Sequence record: SRR33789315_70
Reading direction: 5' to 3' (one strand)
Length of the DNA stretch: 39,008 nucleotides
Shown: positions 36,507-39,008 of the stretch, piece after piece
Layout of the letters: each line of letters starts with the position of its first letter
How positions within the stretch are numbered: position 1 is the stretch's first letter
Notes under the pieces: generated by a model
The model's database searches: none
What the model saw: only the letters and a program-made list of their open reading frames with translations
What the model was told of the DNA's origin: nothing
Made by a program: the position numbers and the translations under genes

Positions 36507-38696
36507 ATGAGATACACGAAATTAATACCTATAATAGCTCTTTTAGCTGTTGTTTTTTCATCTTGTGAAGATGATATCATGGAATGGCAGGAGCGTGATG
36601 ATCAGAGTAAAATAACTCCAGCGGAGTTACCTTTAGAATTAGCAGAAAAAATCACTAGATACGAACCTCTAAACACCTATACAGACTTTATATTAGGAAA
36701 TGGGGTGGGTGTAGATCTTTATCTAAACGATGAGACCTACCGTAATATAGTTAATGAAAATTTTGACGATGTTACCGCTGGATATGCTATGAAACATGGG
36801 GCTATGGTTAATTCTAAAGGAGAAATAAACTTTAGCACTGCTGATGAATTTATTGCAAAGACAAAAGAAGCTGGATTATCAGTATATGGACATACCCTAG
36901 CATGGCACTCAAATAATAATGCGAGTTATTTAAATGGTTTAATAGCTCCAACAGTGATTCCTGGAGCTAGTGGCGCAAATTCTCTTGATTTATCTGCTTT
37001 AAAAGATGGTTCTCTTGAAGGTTGGGGAGGTAATTGGAACAGTGCTATTTCTGTTGTTGAAGGACAAGGTTTAACAGAAACATCTCAAGCTGTACAATTC
37101 ATTGCAGACGGCACATCAAATCCTTGGGATTTACAACTTGGTACTCCAGATATACCTATTGTAAGTGGACATAGTTATGAGGTTTCTTTCTATATAAAAT
37201 CAGATCAGCCAGGAAAAGGTCGTATCTCTTTAGATGCAAACTTAACTAATCAATATCCTTGGATGGATTGGTATGGTACTGGTGGAGATTATACAGAAGC
37301 ATTTGAAACAAGTTCAGAGTGGCAACAAGTTAAATTCACATTAGCTGCTGCAGATTTTGTAGAAGGTGCTACAACTTTTAAATTCAATTTTGACTTGGGA
37401 TATTTATCAGGTGTAACTTATTTAATTGATGCTGATAATATTTCTGTAGTAGACTTAGATGGTAAGCCAGATAACATGATTACCAACGGTGATTTTGAAG
37501 ATGGAACGATTGATGGATGGAATGGCTGGGGAAATGGTTCTACAAGAAGTGTTTCTGCAGAAGGTGAAGGATATGGTGATACAGGATATGCTATGGTTTT
37601 GACCAATCCTACTGCTGCTAATAATTATGAAGCTCAACAAGTCTTTGAGTTTTCTGAGGCTTTAGTTAAAGATAAAGAGTATACCTGTAGTTTTTGGGTG
37701 AAGGCTACATCAAATGCTATATTGCAAGTACAACTCCAAAATGCGGATTATAGTGGTGATTATTATGGAGGTATGGAAGTAGGGACAACTTGGATACAGG
37801 TTGTAGAAACTGTTGTTCCTTCAACAGATGATAAAACCAAATTTATCTTTGATTTTGGAGAATCTGCAACCACTTTTTATATAGATAATATAGAATTTAC
37901 TACAGGAGAAGCTGGTGGAGGTACAGGACCAATTATTGTTGAAAAAACCGAAGAAGAAAAGACAAATATCATTGGTGAAGCTCTAGAAAGCTGGATTTCT
38001 CAAATGGTAGGACATTATAAAAATGATATTTTTGCTTGGGATGTAGTTAATGAGCCTATGAAAGAAGGCGGTTCTTTACGAGATGGTAATGTAACAGATC
38101 CCGCAGATGATGAGTTTTATTGGGTAAAATATCTAGGACAAGACTATGCCGTTACAGCTTTTAAATTAGCTAGACAATATGGTAATCCTACAGATAAACT
38201 ATTTATTAATGATTATAATCTAGAGTCAAGCTTAGCAAAATGTGATGGTTTGATAGAATATGTTCAGTATATAGAAAGTCAAGGAGCCCAAGTAGATGGT
38301 ATTGGTACTCAAATGCACGTTTCTGCAAGTAGTGATAAAGAGATGATTGCTCAAATGTTTCAGAAATTGGCAGCTAGCGGAAAGTTGATTAAAATATCAG
38401 AGTTAGATGTACGATTAGGTACAGCTTCTCCAACAACAGAACAGTTGGCCGAGCAAGCAGAGATGTATCAGTACATATTTGATGCATATCAGCAGTATAT
38501 ACCCGCTTCTCAACAATTTGGAGTTACCTTATGGGGAGTTTCAGATAATCCACAAGAACACGAGTATTGGCTTACAGATGAGTCTCCTAACGTATGGGAT
38601 GTAAATTATGAACGTAAACATGCCTATAAAGGAGTCGCAGATGGACTTGCAGGACGTGATGTAAGTGAAGATTTCACAGGAGAATTACAAGACTAA
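36507..38696 (+). CDS. Surface GH10 endo-xylanase with two CBM4-like modules inserted in the catalytic domain
   Basis: 729 aa; lipobox FSSC; N-half AMKH and GHTLAWHS; insertion (about 36960-37930) with PWDLQL..YEVSFYIKS and NGDFE..YEAQ..YTCSFWVKA repeats; C-half WDVVNE (acid/base), INDYN, DGIGTQMH, ISELD (nucleophile). Confidence 0.93.
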   Translation: MRYTKLIPIIALLAVVFSSCEDDIMEWQERDDQSKITPAELPLELAEKITRYEPLNTYTDFILGNGVGVDLYLNDETYRNIVNENFDDVTAGYAMKHGAMVNSKGEINFSTADEFIAKTKEAGLSVYGHTLAWHSNNNASYLNGLIAPTVIPGASGANSLDLSALKDGSLEGWGGNWNSAISVVEGQGLTETSQAVQFIADGTSNPWDLQLGTPDIPIVSGHSYEVSFYIKSDQPGKGRISLDANLTNQYPWMDWYGTGGDYTEAFETSSEWQQVKFTLAAADFVEGATTFKFNFDLGYLSGVTYLIDADNISVVDLDGKPDNMITNGDFEDGTIDGWNGWGNGSTRSVSAEGEGYGDTGYAMVLTNPTAANNYEAQQVFEFSEALVKDKEYTCSFWVKATSNAILQVQLQNADYSGDYYGGMEVGTTWIQVVETVVPSTDDKTKFIFDFGESATTFYIDNIEFTTGEAGGGTGPIIVEKTEEEKTNIIGEALESWISQMVGHYKNDIFAWDVVNEPMKEGGSLRDGNVTDPADDEFYWVKYLGQDYAVTAFKLARQYGNPTDKLFINDYNLESSLAKCDGLIEYVQYIESQGAQVDGIGTQMHVSASSDKEMIAQMFQKLAASGKLIKISELDVRLGTASPTTEQLAEQAEMYQYIFDAYQQYIPASQQFGVTLWGVSDNPQEHEYWLTDESPNVWDVNYERKHAYKGVADGLAGRDVSEDFTGELQD

Positions 38697-38946
38697 GAAA
38701 TTAACAAACTTTAGTCTTGATTTGCTTGTTAGTGTTTTCGTCTGGGGAGTTAGTAATGACCTTTTTATCATTTTTTGATATCCCAATGCGAATTAAGTCC
38801 TCTTTGTAAGATGGATTCTAAGACAGAGCTATGAAGTTGTTTTAATAAACTGCTATTTCGCTTTAGTTTTATGAACCTACCTTAAGCCACTTTTCAAAAA
38901 TTGTTGCTTTAGATCTTCCGTAAGAAAACTGTATTATTAAAATTAA

Positions 38947-38976
38947 ACAAAAAATAGGCGGGTTTTAAAACTCCTA
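38947..38976 (-). terminator. Possible minus-strand intrinsic terminator (imperfect hairpin)
   Basis: TAGG-cg-GGTTTT/AAAACT-CCTA bulged stem preceded by an A-tract on +, which reads as a U-tract after the stem on -. Confidence 0.35.
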
Positions 38977-39008
38977 GAGACTATCTCACAAAGTGTGTAA
39001 GTTGGAAA
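38977..39008. mobile_element. Probable terminal inverted repeat of an IS256-family insertion sequence, truncated by the window end
   Basis: GAGACTATCTCACAAAGTGTGTAAGTT has the GAGA-N13-TGTGTAA layout I recall for IS256-family ends. No transposase or second end is visible. Confidence 0.55.

Noticed and set aside
2448-37640. The remaining 60-125 aa overlapping ORFs in the track
   Set aside because: All are nested in longer genes with clear family motifs, and none has its own signature or initiation context.
38697-38950. Pseudogene or ncRNA downstream of the GH10
   Set aside because: No sustained reading frame or recognisable motif on either strand; only a weak G-U-rich stem near 38746-38766.
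1-39008. CRISPR array, tRNA/rRNA, integrase or invertible promoter
   Set aside because: No regularly spaced repeats, structural RNA signatures, recombinase gene or long inverted repeats flanking a promoter were seen.

Overview
A 39-kb carbohydrate-catabolism region from a Bacteroidota genome, most likely Flavobacteriaceae. This is inferred from the SusC/SusD pairs, A-rich initiation regions without Shine-Dalgarno sites and TAnnTTTG promoter elements. From left to right: (1) the hexuronate operon uxaC-uxaB-uxaA (+); (2) a convergent sbcD-sbcC pair (-); (3) a five-gene L-rhamnose operon (-) encoding a fused aldolase/SDR (RhaEW-type), RhaI-type isomerase, FGGY kinase, FMN L-lactate dehydrogenase and an NCS1-family permease where a rhamnose transporter would be expected; (4) a divergent FucR-like GntR regulator; (5) PUL-1, with SusC, SusD, a terminator hairpin, two secreted proteins I cannot place in a characterised family (763-aa TIM-barrel-like, 708-aa GH95-like six-hairpin), an atypical GH28 and a GH43; (6) PUL-2, a xylan-type core of SusC, SusD, a surface glycan-binding protein and a GH10 split by two CBM4-like modules; (7) a probable IS256-family terminal inverted repeat in the last 32 bp. 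The best candidate for an undescribed system is a GntR-controlled rhamnose/galacturonate glycan regulon. A 13-bp motif (TAACAGTTCRGAA) precedes both the rha operon and susC, linking two orphan glycosidase candidates and a probable new sugar transporter to a complete rhamnose-to-pyruvate route. All family assignments were made by eye from motifs; no searches were run.
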